The translations under genes and the position numbers were made by a program. Positions 52,505 to 63,911 of a stretch of 64,000 nt of DNA are shown piece after piece (the stretch's first letter is position 1; the number at the start of each line of letters is the position of its first letter). Origin of the DNA: Trueperaceae bacterium. Its GTDB lineage: Bacteria > Deinococcota > Deinococci > Deinococcales > Trueperaceae. The stretch lies in contig JAXHLW010000013.1 of NCBI GenBank assembly GCA_034521815.1, positions 352,001 through 416,000 on the forward strand, given 5' to 3'. Below the pieces are notes generated by a model. That model did no database searches and was not told where the DNA came from. It saw nothing but the letters and a program-made list of their open reading frames with translations.

Positions 52505-53468
52505 GGGATGGCTGGACGGACTGGCCGAAGGGGTCGTGCGGGTCCGGGACGGTCGCGTCACGCACCTGAACGCAGCCGCGTCGTCCATGCTGGGCGCCGA
52601 TCCGGACCGGTCGGTCGGGTTGGCGCTCATCGCCGTCGTACGCGATCACCGGCTGGAGCAGGTCTGGCTCGACGGGGATCCGCAGGAGCTGACCGTTCGC
52701 GGTCGCAGGATCGAGGCGGTCCGGATCGAAGGTGGGCTGGCGCTACGCGACGTGACCGCGGTACGTGCGGCTCGGCAGGACGCGCGGGAGCTGCTCGCCG
52801 TGCTCTCGCACGAGCTGCGGACGCCGGCGACCACGATCCGGTCGACGCTCGAGGCGCTTCAGTACGACGACCTGCCGGCCGCTACGCGGCGTCGGCTGCT
52901 GCTCCGAGCGGGCGAGGAGGCCGACCGCCTGGTCCGGCTGCTATCGGACCTCACGGTCGACCTGCGTCCCCCGCGCGAGCGTAGCGTGGTCCTCGCCGAC
53001 CTGCTCGAGCGCGCGTGCTTCGTCCTGGCCGCCCGGCTGACCGAGCACGGCGTCCGGGTCGAGAGGCACGTCGGAGAGGTCCACGTCTGGGCCGATCCCG
53101 ACAAGGTGATGCAGGTGCTCGTGAACCTGATCGAGAACGCGGTCGTGCACGGACCGGACGACGCCGTGGTGGACGTGCTGGCGGAGGAGCGCGACGGAAA
53201 GGTCGCGATCCGCGTGCGCGACCGGGGCGAGCCGCTGGACGACGAGCGCTCGGCTCGGCTGTTCGAGCCGCACGCCAAGGGCACCGCGAGTCAGGGAGGC
53301 GGAACGGGTCTGGGACTGTACGTGGTGCGATCCATCGCCGAGCGCTGGGGCGGGTCCGCTTGGGGTGCCCGCTGGCACGACGCGGACGGGGCCGAGGGTG
53401 CCGGTGGAGAGGGCGCCGGCGGAAACGAGTTCGGGGTCCTCGTCCCGGCCGAGCGACCCGGCTCCTGA
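52485..53468 (+). CDS. phoR: PhoR-like sensor histidine kinase with no evident TM segment
   Basis: PAS-like N-terminus, SHELRTP, QVLVNLIENA, GTGLGL. Confidence 0.75.
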   Translation: MPNATAEGWLDGLAEGVVRVRDGRVTHLNAAASSMLGADPDRSVGLALIAVVRDHRLEQVWLDGDPQELTVRGRRIEAVRIEGGLALRDVTAVRAARQDARELLAVLSHELRTPATTIRSTLEALQYDDLPAATRRRLLLRAGEEADRLVRLLSDLTVDLRPPRERSVVLADLLERACFVLAARLTEHGVRVERHVGEVHVWADPDKVMQVLVNLIENAVVHGPDDAVVDVLAEERDGKVAIRVRDRGEPLDDERSARLFEPHAKGTASQGGGTGLGLYVVRSIAERWGGSAWGARWHDADGAEGAGGEGAGGNEFGVLVPAERPGS

Positions 53469-53493
53469 TCGAGCGACCCAGCGAACGCCAGCG

Positions 53494-54342
53494 TCACGGT
53501 CGGGCGTCGCTGCTCCTCGCGGCAGACGCCAGCTCGGCGGGCACCCTGGGGGGCGTCTCGACGCGCTTCGGACGCGACGTCCGACGTAGTGGCCGAGGCA
53601 TGCGGGCCGGCGTCAGTGCGCGTCTGCGCTTCGTCCGCGCCGTGGAGCGCCGCAACGGACGCTGCCAGCGCACGCCGTCGTCGCTCTGGGACCCGGTGAT
53701 TCCGCGCGCGGCGCCCGGCGCGGCACCTCGCCACCACCTGGGCGACGGGAACGCCGTGAACAGCGCGCTCGCCAGCACGCCGGTCACGACCGCGTCGTCC
53801 GTGGTCAGCAGGGCGGCCAACGTGGCCGGACCACCGAGCGCTGCCCACGCCGCGAGGCCCAGCGTGGCCGTCGCCAGCGACCAGCCCAGCAGCACCGCCA
53901 ACGGCGCCGCGAGGCGGTGCCGGCGCGGGGACGGCGCGATGGCGATCCATCCGACCGCCGCGAGCTCCAGGGCCAGCAGCGCGTCGGCGCCGTGGAGCGG
54001 CCACTGACGCGCCTCGACGGCGGCGAACGCCAATCCCGCCAGCGCGCCCACGGTCGGCCCGTAGCCCAGCGCCAGCAGGTAGAGCGGCAGCCGGCGAACG
54101 CCTTCGAGCGGCCAGCCGCTCTGGATCGTGGCGCCGATCCGGTCGCCCGCCGCGGTGAGGGCGACGGCCGCCACGATCGCCAGCGCCAGCGCGATCCAGG
54201 TGGCCGGGCGTCCGAGTGCGCGAACGTCTCCGCGCGACCAGCCACCCAGCAGCGAGGCGAGGGCCAACACGGCGGCACCCAGCAGCGCGTAGCGCACCAG
54301 CGGATCCGGTCCCGCCCTGGCGACGATGTCCAGGAGCGTCAC
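53494..54342 (-). CDS. Hypothetical multi-pass membrane protein
   Basis: About 6-7 hydrophobic helices and a basic tail; start overlaps the GT2 stop. Confidence 0.6.
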   Translation of the reverse strand: MTLLDIVARAGPDPLVRYALLGAAVLALASLLGGWSRGDVRALGRPATWIALALAIVAAVALTAAGDRIGATIQSGWPLEGVRRLPLYLLALGYGPTVGALAGLAFAAVEARQWPLHGADALLALELAAVGWIAIAPSPRRHRLAAPLAVLLGWSLATATLGLAAWAALGGPATLAALLTTDDAVVTGVLASALFTAFPSPRWWRGAAPGAARGITGSQSDDGVRWQRPLRRSTARTKRRRALTPARMPRPLRRTSRPKRVETPPRVPAELASAARSSDARP

Positions 54343-55244
54343 AGGTCCGCCCCGTCCTCGCCCAGCGGCGGCCAGCGATCGGGAAAGCCGGGCGCGTCGT
54401 CGGCGAGGGTCGCGCCGAACGGCGAGGCATCGAACGTGCCGCGTCGCATCATCCTCTCGACCGCCGCCCAGCTCGCTCTGCGTCGCGGCGGCCCGAGGCG
54501 CGCCAGCGTGACCGCCCAGGCCCAGACGGCCGCTCGCTGAGCGGCGCTGCGGACGGGCCCGTGGTGTCGCCGCGCGACGACCATTCCGCCACGGAGCCCC
54601 TCGACCAGGAACCGTCCCGCGTCCGGCGTGGAGCTACCGCCCAGGTGCACGGCCTCCGCGCCCACCAGCCGGCATCGCCAGCCTCGGGTCCGCACGCGAA
54701 GGCACCAGTCGAGGTCCTCGTTGCCGAACCGCAGCGTCGTGTCCATCCCACCGGCGTCCCGGACCGCGGCCACGCGCGTGGCGAACAGGCAGCCCGACAG
54801 CCAAGCCACGTCGCGCACGGCGTGCGGTCCGCGCCCGTCGAGCGGCGCGGTCGCCCAGCGGTAGGGAACGCCTTGGTCCTGGAGGCGACCGTCGGGCGTC
54901 CGCACCAGGGGCCCCACGGCCGCGACGTCCGGATCGTGGAACGGCGCGGCCATGGCGGCCAGGGTGTCCGCGCCCACGTGGACGTCGGCGTTCATCACCG
55001 CGATCAGCGGACCGGCAGCGCGCACGAACGCCTCGTTCACCGCGGCGGCGTAGGAGTGGTTCTCGGTGGGGACGAAGCGGGCGCCGGGATGGGTCTCGTG
55101 GACCAGCTGCGCGGTGTCCGGCTCCGGAGCGGTGTCCAGCACGCGCACGGGCACGTCCGGGGCGTGCCGCGCCAGCCGCGCGAGGCAGCGGCGCAGCACC
55201 TCCGGCGTTCGATGGTGAACGACGACGACCTCGGAGATCCGCAC
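54339..55244 (-). CDS. Glycosyltransferase family 2
   Basis: VVVHH, ENHSYAAAVN, MNAD, SGC, ED.DWC.R, H.GG.S. Confidence 0.88.
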   Translation of the reverse strand: MRISEVVVVHHRTPEVLRRCLARLARHAPDVPVRVLDTAPEPDTAQLVHETHPGARFVPTENHSYAAAVNEAFVRAAGPLIAVMNADVHVGADTLAAMAAPFHDPDVAAVGPLVRTPDGRLQDQGVPYRWATAPLDGRGPHAVRDVAWLSGCLFATRVAAVRDAGGMDTTLRFGNEDLDWCLRVRTRGWRCRLVGAEAVHLGGSSTPDAGRFLVEGLRGGMVVARRHHGPVRSAAQRAAVWAWAVTLARLGPPRRRASWAAVERMMRRGTFDASPFGATLADDAPGFPDRWPPLGEDGADL

Positions 55245-55306
55245 GTCGTCAGGCTAGCCCAGCGCGGGCCATGAAGGTCTCACGCGCGCGGGCTAGCCTG
55301 CGCCAC

Positions 55307-56206
55307 GTGACGAGCTCCCCCCGCAGGATCGGCGTCGCCTTGGGCGGCGGAAGCGCGCGCGGCTACGCGCACATCGGTGCGCTGGCCGCGCTCGAGCGGC
55401 ACGGCCTGGTGCCCACGGTGCTGGCCGGAACCAGCTTCGGCGCCGTGGTCGGTGCGCTGTACGCGTCGCGCCGTAGCCCCGAGGAGCTCGAGGCGCAAGC
55501 GGCACGGCTCCGGCGGCGCGACGTGCTCCCCAGCGTGATCGACTTCGGGCTGCACCGTGGCGCGCTTTTTCGCGGTCGGCGGCTCGAGCAGTACTTCGAT
55601 CGCCTTCTCGAAGGTCGGTCGTTCCACGACCTCGACCGCACCCTGGTCGTGACCGCCACCGACGCGGACAGCGGCGAGCGGGTGGTGCTGGACCGGGGCC
55701 CGTTGGCGCCCGCGCTGAGGGCGTCCGCGTCGCTGCCGGGCGTGTTCGCGCCGGTCGAGATCGACGGGCGGCGCCTGATCGACGGCGGGATCGGGGCGCC
55801 GGTTCCGTTGGCCACGCTCGACGCGTTCGAGCTCGATCTTCGGATCGGGATCGGCGCGGGCGCCGACGCGGACGACTCGGGCACGATCCGCGCCGTCCGG
55901 CGAGCGCTCGAGCATCCGTGGGGCCGCCGCGTGCACGCCGCGATGGGCCGCGCGGGGCCGGGACAGGCGGGCGCGCTGGTGCGGGCGCTGGCCTGGACCG
56001 TCGAGGGCTATCGCGCGGCGGTGGAGCTTCACGACGCGCCGGGGCTGCACGTCCACACGCGTCCTCCGATCCACTGGCTGCGCTTCGACCGCGCCGAGGA
56101 TGCGATCCGGGCCGGCGACGGCGCGCTGGAGCGGGCCGCACCGGCGCTGTGGGCCGCGCTTACAGGATCGTCTTTCCCAGCAGGCTTGCCGCCATCTCGA
56201 CCATGA
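55307..56206 (+). CDS. Patatin-like phospholipase
   Basis: GGGSARG, GTSFG, DGG; GTG 7 nt after TAGCCT. Confidence 0.9.
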   Translation: MTSSPRRIGVALGGGSARGYAHIGALAALERHGLVPTVLAGTSFGAVVGALYASRRSPEELEAQAARLRRRDVLPSVIDFGLHRGALFRGRRLEQYFDRLLEGRSFHDLDRTLVVTATDADSGERVVLDRGPLAPALRASASLPGVFAPVEIDGRRLIDGGIGAPVPLATLDAFELDLRIGIGAGADADDSGTIRAVRRALEHPWGRRVHAAMGRAGPGQAGALVRALAWTVEGYRAAVELHDAPGLHVHTRPPIHWLRFDRAEDAIRAGDGALERAAPALWAALTGSSFPAGLPPSRP

Positions 56207-57044
56207 TCTCGGCCGTCCGGTTCCGCTCGTCCAGGATCGGGTTCACCTCGACCAGATCGAGGCTGGTGACGCGGCCCGTGGACGCCAGGATCTCCATCAG
56301 CAGGTGCGCCTCGCGGTAGCTGAGGCCGCCGGCGACGGGTGTGCCGACGCCGGGCGCGATGACGGGGTCCAGGACGTCCGCATCGAACGACACGTGCAGC
56401 CTCGGCAGGTGCGCCACCCTCGCCACCGCCTCGGCGGCCACCTCGGCCATGCCGCGGCGGTCGACGTCGGTCATCGTGAAGGCGGTCATGCCGGCTTCGT
56501 GGATCCAGCTCCGCTCGGACGGATCGATCGAGCGCAGTCCGATGTAGACGACGTCCTCCGGCCGGACCACCGCTCCGCCGCCCCACACGCCGGTCAGCCG
56601 CGCGTCGCCGTGCCCCAACAGCGTCGCGACCGGCATGCCGTGCACGTTTCCGGACGGACTGGTGTCGGGCGTGTTCAGATCCGCGTGCGCGTCGATCCAC
56701 AGCAGGCCCGTCCTGCCGGTGTCCGCCACGCCGGCGACCGTTCCCATCGAGACCGAGTGATCGCCGCCCAGGAAGATCGGCAGGGCGTCCGGCGGCAAAC
56801 CGCGGGCGGCCCGGTAGGTGCGGGCGCAGGCGTCCGCGATCGCGTCGGCGAAGGGGAGGGCGTCCGGGCTGGCCGTCGCCTCCGCCACCGGGACGTCGAC
56901 GTTGCCGCGGTCGGTCAAGACGTGTCCTAGCGCCTCGAGGGCGGGCGCGAGTCGGGCCAGGCGCAGCGCGCTCGGGCCCATGTCGACGCCGCGTCGTCCG
57001 GCGCCGAGGTCCATCGGGATGCCCAGCAGGTGGATGTCGGCCAT
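56160..57044 (-). CDS. rocF: Arginase
   Basis: GVDMGP, GGDHS, DAHAD.NT, SGNVHGMP, SFDAD.LDP, VEVNP. Confidence 0.95.
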   Translation of the reverse strand: MADIHLLGIPMDLGAGRRGVDMGPSALRLARLAPALEALGHVLTDRGNVDVPVAEATASPDALPFADAIADACARTYRAARGLPPDALPIFLGGDHSVSMGTVAGVADTGRTGLLWIDAHADLNTPDTSPSGNVHGMPVATLLGHGDARLTGVWGGGAVVRPEDVVYIGLRSIDPSERSWIHEAGMTAFTMTDVDRRGMAEVAAEAVARVAHLPRLHVSFDADVLDPVIAPGVGTPVAGGLSYREAHLLMEILASTGRVTSLDLVEVNPILDERNRTAEIMVEMAASLLGKTIL

Positions 57045-57069
57045 GCCCGCATGATCGCACGGCCGCGCG

Positions 57070-58605
57070 TCAGCGGCCGTCCTCGGGCTCGTGCCAGTGA
57101 CGACCGACCGCTTCGAGCATCTCGTACGCGGCGTCGGGACCGCGGCTGCCCGCCTCGTACGGGTGCGGCTGCGCGTCCCCGTCGGCATGCTCCAGCAGGG
57201 GCTGCACCACCCGCCACTGGGCCTCGACCTCGTCCGCGCGCATGAACAGCGTCGCGTCGCCCAGCATGGCGTCGAGGATCAGCGTCTCGTACGCGTCGGG
57301 CGGGGGTCGCTCGAAGCGACCCTCGTACGCGAAGTCCAGGCTCACCCGCCCCAGGCGGATGCCCTGTCCCGGACGTTTGGCGTTGAACAGGAAACGGATC
57401 CCCTCGTTCGGCGTCACGCGAAGCACCAGCCGGTCGGCCTTCAGGTCGGTCGGAAGCTGGAACGGAATGTGGGGAGGCGTCTTGAAGCGCAGCACGATCT
57501 CGCTGGCCTTCTGCTCCAGGCGCTTGCCGCTGCGGACGTAGAACGGCACGCCCGACCAGCGCCAGGTGCGCACCTCGAACGGAACGGCCGCGTACGTCGC
57601 CTGCGTCGAGGACGGATCGACGCCCTCCTCCTCGCGGTACCCGGGCATGCCGTCTCCGGCGGCGTACTGTCCGAACACCGCCTGCTCGGCGTTCGGACAG
57701 GTCATCGCGTCGAACACCTTGACCTTCTCGTCGCGGACCGGGTCGGGCTCCCAGCGCGAGGGAGGCTCCATCGCGACCAGCGCGAGCAGCTGCAGCAGGT
57801 GGTTCTGGAACACGTCCCGGACGACGCCGGCCTCCTCGTAGAAGCCGCCCCGCCCTTCGACGCCCATCGGCTCGGTCATCGTGATCTGGACGTGATCGAC
57901 GTAGCGGTTGGACCAGATCGGCTCGAACAGGGTATTGGCGAAGCGGAGCACGGCGAGGTTCTGCGCCGTCTCCTTGGCCAGGTAGTGGTCGATGCGATAG
58001 ATCTGGCTTTCGTCGAACGTCGTCCGCAATCGGTCGTTCAGCTCGCGGGCGCTCCGCAGGTCGTGCCCGAACGGCTTCTCGATCACCAGGCGGGACCAGC
58101 CCCCTTCGGGAGGATCGGCCAGCCCCGCCTCGGCCATGGCGTTCGCGATGCCGGCGTAGGTCGCGGGGGGCGTCGCGGTGTAGAAGAGCCGGTTCTCCAG
58201 GCCGAGCCGGTCCAGCAGCGTCCCCAGCTCGCGGTGTCCGGCCGGATCGTCGTACCCGCCTCGCACGTAGTGCACGCGCTGGGCCAGCTGGTCCCACACC
58301 TCGTCGTCGACCGGTCCGTCCGCCTCGTCCACCGCCGCACGAAAATCGGCGCGCAGGCTGTCGTCGTCGCCCTCGCTTCGGGCGTAGCCGACGATCCTGG
58401 TGTCCGGGTGCAACGCGCCGTCGCAGTGGAGCGTCCACAGCGCCGGCACCAGCTTGCGGTGCGCCAGATCGCCGGTGGCGCCGAACACCACGAAGGCGCA
58501 GGCGTCGGGGCGCGGGCGGGCAGGCGTGGCGCCGGCGTCCGCGTCGGATGTGGGCGCGACGTCGCCCTGTGAATGATCGTCGGCGGCGGAACCGGGATCG
58601 CTCAT
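57070..58605 (-). CDS. zwf: Glucose-6-phosphate 1-dehydrogenase
   Basis: GATGDLA, EKPFG, RIDHYLAKE, QNHLLQ, YETL; ATG 7 nt after TGgTATCTT. Confidence 0.96.
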   Translation of the reverse strand: MSDPGSAADDHSQGDVAPTSDADAGATPARPRPDACAFVVFGATGDLAHRKLVPALWTLHCDGALHPDTRIVGYARSEGDDDSLRADFRAAVDEADGPVDDEVWDQLAQRVHYVRGGYDDPAGHRELGTLLDRLGLENRLFYTATPPATYAGIANAMAEAGLADPPEGGWSRLVIEKPFGHDLRSARELNDRLRTTFDESQIYRIDHYLAKETAQNLAVLRFANTLFEPIWSNRYVDHVQITMTEPMGVEGRGGFYEEAGVVRDVFQNHLLQLLALVAMEPPSRWEPDPVRDEKVKVFDAMTCPNAEQAVFGQYAAGDGMPGYREEEGVDPSSTQATYAAVPFEVRTWRWSGVPFYVRSGKRLEQKASEIVLRFKTPPHIPFQLPTDLKADRLVLRVTPNEGIRFLFNAKRPGQGIRLGRVSLDFAYEGRFERPPPDAYETLILDAMLGDATLFMRADEVEAQWRVVQPLLEHADGDAQPHPYEAGSRGPDAAYEMLEAVGRHWHEPEDGR

Positions 58606-58670
58606 GGTCACGAAGATACCAGCAGCCTCCGGGCTCGGTGGCTCCAGGCCAGGCGGGGCCTCCGTGGTAG

Positions 58671-59930
<1,260 letters not shown>

Positions 59931-59940
59931 AGGCGCCCGC

Positions 59941-60909
59941 TCAGATCGCCAGGATCGATGCCAGCTCGAACAGCTGCTCGTCGATCGCTTTGTGGTTCTC
60001 CCACACGTCGGCGAGCTCCACGAACACGTTGCCGCGCTTGTCGACGCCCACCATTTCGCCCGTGCGTCCGCTCAGCAGCCCTTCGACCGCCATGTAGCCG
60101 AGGCGCGACGCCAGGACGCGGTCGCGGGTCGAGGGACTGCCGCCGCGCTGGATGTGGCCGAGGATCGAGGTCCGCACCTCGAAGCCGCTTCGTTCCTCGA
60201 TCGCGCGTTGCAGCGCCATCGCGCCACCGGGGAACGCGCCTTCGGCGACGACGATGATGCTGCTGGTCTTGCCTCGTCGCTCGGCCGCGACGAGCAGGTC
60301 GGCGATGTCGCCGACGTCGGCGTGCCGCTCGGGGATGAGGATCGCCTCGGCGCCGCCGGCGACGCCGACGTTCAGCGCGATGTGGCCCGAGTTGCGTCCC
60401 ATCACCTCGACCAGGAACAGCCGGTCGTGGCTGGCCGCGGTGTCCCTCAGCCGGTCCACGCCGTCCAGAGCGACGTTCAGCGCGGTGTTGAACCCGATCG
60501 AGACGTCGGTCCCGTAGATGTCGTTGTCGATCGTGGCCGGAACGCCGATGACCGGGAGGCCGTGCTCGTCGTGCAGCTTCGAGGCGCCCCGGAAGCTGCC
60601 GTCGCCGCCGATCACGACGAGGCCCTCGATGCCGTGGCGTTCGAGCGTCTTCACGGCGATCGCCCTGCCTTCGGGCTCGACGAACGGGGCGGAGCGGGCG
60701 GTGCGCAGGATCGTGCCCCCGCGCTGGATGATGTTCGCGACGCTGCGCGCGTTCAGCTCTTCGACGTCGTCGTCGACGAGCCCCTGGAAACCGCGGTAGA
60801 CGCCCGAGATGCGCGCGCCCCGCGCGATCGCGGTGCGGACCACGGCGCGGATCGCGGCGTTCATGCCGGGGGCGTCGCCACCGCTGGTGAGTACGGCGAG
60901 ATGCTTCAT
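59941..60909 (-). CDS. pfkA: 6-phosphofructokinase
   Basis: TSGGDAPGMN, GGDGS, TIDND, EVMGR, GHIQRGG; alternative start GTG 60912. Confidence 0.97.
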   Translation of the reverse strand: MKHLAVLTSGGDAPGMNAAIRAVVRTAIARGARISGVYRGFQGLVDDDVEELNARSVANIIQRGGTILRTARSAPFVEPEGRAIAVKTLERHGIEGLVVIGGDGSFRGASKLHDEHGLPVIGVPATIDNDIYGTDVSIGFNTALNVALDGVDRLRDTAASHDRLFLVEVMGRNSGHIALNVGVAGGAEAILIPERHADVGDIADLLVAAERRGKTSSIIVVAEGAFPGGAMALQRAIEERSGFEVRTSILGHIQRGGSPSTRDRVLASRLGYMAVEGLLSGRTGEMVGVDKRGNVFVELADVWENHKAIDEQLFELASILAI

Positions 60910-61008
60910 CACCGGCGCAGTATAGCCACGGTGCGCGCGCACACCGGGTTCCGAGGTGCAAGGACGTTCATCCCGAATGCGACCTGGCCAGGAATGCCAT
61001 GATGCCGC

Positions 61009-62157
61009 ATGGACTTCGTCAGCTTGAGCGACGGCACGCTCGGGGAGCGCCGCGTGGCGTTGACCCCGACCGTGACCAAGCGGCTGGTCGACCTGGGCGC
61101 GAACGTGCGCTTGGAGCCCGGTTACGGGGCCGAGGCCGACCTGTCGGACGCCCTCTACGAGAAGGCGGGTGCGACGTTCGCGTCGCGGGACGAGCTGCTC
61201 GCGTCGGCCGACGCGCTGTTGTCCCTGAACCCCCCCGAAGCGTCCACGCTTCGGGAGCTTCGCGATGGCACGATCGTGATCTCCTTCTTCGATCCCTTCC
61301 GCCGCCAGGAGCTGGTCAGGACCGCACGGGACGGGGGGCTCTCGGCGCTCTGCCTGGAGCTCGTGCCGCGAACCAGCTACGCCCAGAAGATGGACGCGCT
61401 CTCGAGCCAGGCCAGCCTGGGCGGGTACGCGGCGGTGATCACGGCCGCCGACCGGAGCGGCAAGTCGTTCCCGATGATGAGCACGCCGGCGGGCACCATC
61501 CCACCGGCCCGTGTGTTCGTCGTCGGCGTCGGCGTCGCCGGTCTTCAGGCGATCGCCACCGCGAAGCGTCTGGGCGCCCGCGTCGACGCCTACGACACCC
61601 GCCCGGTCGTCGCCGAGCAGGTGCGCTCGCTGGGGGCGAAGTTCGTCGAGCTCGACGTCGGCGAGACCGGCCAGACCGAGCAGGGCTACGCCAAGGAGCT
61701 CACCGCCGAGCAGCTCGCCGAGCAGCGCCGCCAGATGGCCAAGGTGGTCGCTGGCGCCGACGTGGTGATCACGACCGCGCAGCTGTTCGGCCGGCCCGCG
61801 CCGCGCATCGTCGACGCGGCGATGGTCGCCGGCATGCGACCCGGCAGCGTCATCGTCGACATGGCCGCCTCGACCGGCGGCAACGTCGAGGGCAGCGTGC
61901 CGGACGAGGAGGTCGTCGTGGACGGCGTCCGGATCGTCGGGCTGTCCAACTTGCCGGGTCTCGTGGCGCGGGACGCCAGCGAGATGTACGCCTCGAACCT
62001 GTTCGCCCTGATCCAGCACGCCTGGGACACGGAGGCGTCGACGCTGAAGCTCGATCCGGAGAACGACGACGTCGTGGACGGCTGCCTGCTGACGCACCGG
62101 GGGACGGTCCGCGACGAGCGCGTCGCGGCCGTGCTCGAGGAAGGAAGCTCCGCATGA
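61009..62157 (+). CDS. pntAA: NAD(P) transhydrogenase subunit alpha, domain I
   Basis: ERRVA, AQKMDALSSQ, GVGVAGLQA, GYAKE, GGNVE. Confidence 0.95.
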   Translation: MDFVSLSDGTLGERRVALTPTVTKRLVDLGANVRLEPGYGAEADLSDALYEKAGATFASRDELLASADALLSLNPPEASTLRELRDGTIVISFFDPFRRQELVRTARDGGLSALCLELVPRTSYAQKMDALSSQASLGGYAAVITAADRSGKSFPMMSTPAGTIPPARVFVVGVGVAGLQAIATAKRLGARVDAYDTRPVVAEQVRSLGAKFVELDVGETGQTEQGYAKELTAEQLAEQRRQMAKVVAGADVVITTAQLFGRPAPRIVDAAMVAGMRPGSVIVDMAASTGGNVEGSVPDEEVVVDGVRIVGLSNLPGLVARDASEMYASNLFALIQHAWDTEASTLKLDPENDDVVDGCLLTHRGTVRDERVAAVLEEGSSA

Positions 62158-62429
62158 TCCTGCTCATCTTCGTCTTCGTGCTCGCCATCTTCCTCGGGGT
62201 GGAGCTGATCACCAAGGTGCCCAGTCAGCTGCACACGCCGCTGATGTCCGGCTCGAACGCGATCAGCGGCATCACGATCGTGGGCGCCCTGATCGCGGCC
62301 AGCAGCGATAGCGCGCTGGGGACCGCGATCGGCGTGGCGGCCCTGATCTTCGCGACGATCAACGTCGTCGGCGGCTACCTGGTCACCGACCGCATGCTCG
62401 GCATGTTCCGCGCCGGGAAGAAGGAGTAG
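62154..62429 (+). CDS. pntAB: NAD(P) transhydrogenase subunit alpha, membrane part
   Basis: LHTPLMSGSNAISG, NVVGG..VTDRML.MF. Confidence 0.95.
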   Translation: MILLIFVFVLAIFLGVELITKVPSQLHTPLMSGSNAISGITIVGALIAASSDSALGTAIGVAALIFATINVVGGYLVTDRMLGMFRAGKKE

Positions 62430-62432
62430 GCG

Positions 62433-63815
62433 ATGCCTGCCGTCGTTCAGCTCGCCTACGTCGTGGCCGCGGTTCTGTTCATCCTCGGTCTCAAGCTCCT
62501 CGGTCGCGCCGACACGGCTCGGCGCGGCAACATGATCTCCGCCGGCGGGATGCTGGTGGCCGTCGTCGCGACGCTGTTCGCGGGCGGAATCTCCTGGCTC
62601 TGGATCGTCGTCGGCCTCGCCATCGGCGCGGTCGTCGGGGGGGTCGCCGCACGCATCGTGAAGATGACGGCGATGCCCGAGATGGTCGCGCTGTTCAACG
62701 GCTCGGGCGGTCTCGCGTCGATGGGCGTCGCCTGGGCCGAGTGGGTCCAGCAGCCCGAGCGGGGCGTCGGAACCGCCGCCGCCATCGCCGCGGCGGCGAT
62801 GATCGGTGCCGTCGCCGCGTCGGGCAGCGTGATCGCCTGGGGCAAGCTGGCCGAGAAGCTTCCCGGTCGGTCGATCCGCCTGCCCGCCCAGCAGGTCTGG
62901 ACCATCGGCCTGACGGTGCTGGGGCTGGGCATGGCCGTCTGGTTCGTGTCCGGGTCGTCCGCGTCCTCCGCCGGCCTGGCGTTCGCGGTGGCCGCCGTCG
63001 CCGCCCTGGTGCTGGGGGTGCTGCTGGTGCTGCCGATCGGCGGCGCCGACATGCCGATCGTGGTCAGCCTCCTGAACGCCTACTCGGGGCTGGCCGCCTC
63101 GATGGCCGGCTTCGTGCTGGGCAACAGCGCCCTGGTGGTGGCCGGCTCGCTGGTCGGCGCGTCGGGCTTCATCCTGACGAACATCATGTGCAAGAGCATG
63201 AACCGCAGCCTGGCGAACGTGCTGTTCGGCGGGTTCGGCGGCGCGCCCGTCGAGGGTGGCGCCGAGATCACCGGCGAGGTCAAGCCGATCACCGCCGACG
63301 ATGCGTATTACATCCTGGAAGCGGCCTCCAACGTCATCGTCGTGCCGGGCTACGGCATGGCGGTCGCGCAGGCGCAGCACGTGGTTCGCGAGCTGGCCGA
63401 GATGCTCGAGAAGAACGGCGCGGAGGTCCGCTACGTCATCCACCCCGTGGCGGGCCGGATGCCCGGACACATGAACGTGCTTCTCGCCGAGGCCAACGTT
63501 CCCTACGAACAGCTCGTCGAGCCGGGGGACGTGAACCCGACGATGGAGATGGTCGACGTGGCGATCGTGATCGGCGCGAACGACGTGGTGAACCCGGCCG
63601 CGCGCGAGGACGCCTCCAGTCCGCTGTACGGCATGCCGATCATCGACGTCGACCGGGCGCGGACGACGTTCGTCCTGAAGCGCTCGATGAACCCCGGCTT
63701 CTCCGGCGTGCAGAACCCGCTGTTCTTCAAGCCGAACACCCGGATGCTGTTCGGGGACGGCAAGGCGACCGTGAGCCAGCTGGCCTCGGAGTTCAAGGAG
63801 GCGCTCGAGGGCTGA
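62433..63815 (+). CDS. pntB: NAD(P) transhydrogenase subunit beta
   Basis: MTAMPEMVA, GGADMP, PGYGMAVAQAQ, HPVAGRMPGHMN, GANDVVNP. Confidence 0.97.
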   Translation: MPAVVQLAYVVAAVLFILGLKLLGRADTARRGNMISAGGMLVAVVATLFAGGISWLWIVVGLAIGAVVGGVAARIVKMTAMPEMVALFNGSGGLASMGVAWAEWVQQPERGVGTAAAIAAAAMIGAVAASGSVIAWGKLAEKLPGRSIRLPAQQVWTIGLTVLGLGMAVWFVSGSSASSAGLAFAVAAVAALVLGVLLVLPIGGADMPIVVSLLNAYSGLAASMAGFVLGNSALVVAGSLVGASGFILTNIMCKSMNRSLANVLFGGFGGAPVEGGAEITGEVKPITADDAYYILEAASNVIVVPGYGMAVAQAQHVVRELAEMLEKNGAEVRYVIHPVAGRMPGHMNVLLAEANVPYEQLVEPGDVNPTMEMVDVAIVIGANDVVNPAAREDASSPLYGMPIIDVDRARTTFVLKRSMNPGFSGVQNPLFFKPNTRMLFGDGKATVSQLASEFKEALEG

Positions 63816-63911
63816 GCGCCAAGCGGATCCGGATCGCGCGTCGCGGGCGCCGTGGCCGAAAGGCCCGGCGCCCGCGTCCGTTCCCCAGCGACCCGTGCAT
63901 GTAGCAGGAAA

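Noticed and set aside
56160-56206. 47-nt 3' overlap of patatin and arginase as antisense regulation
   Set aside because: Short convergent overlaps are common in compact high-GC genomes; no further support
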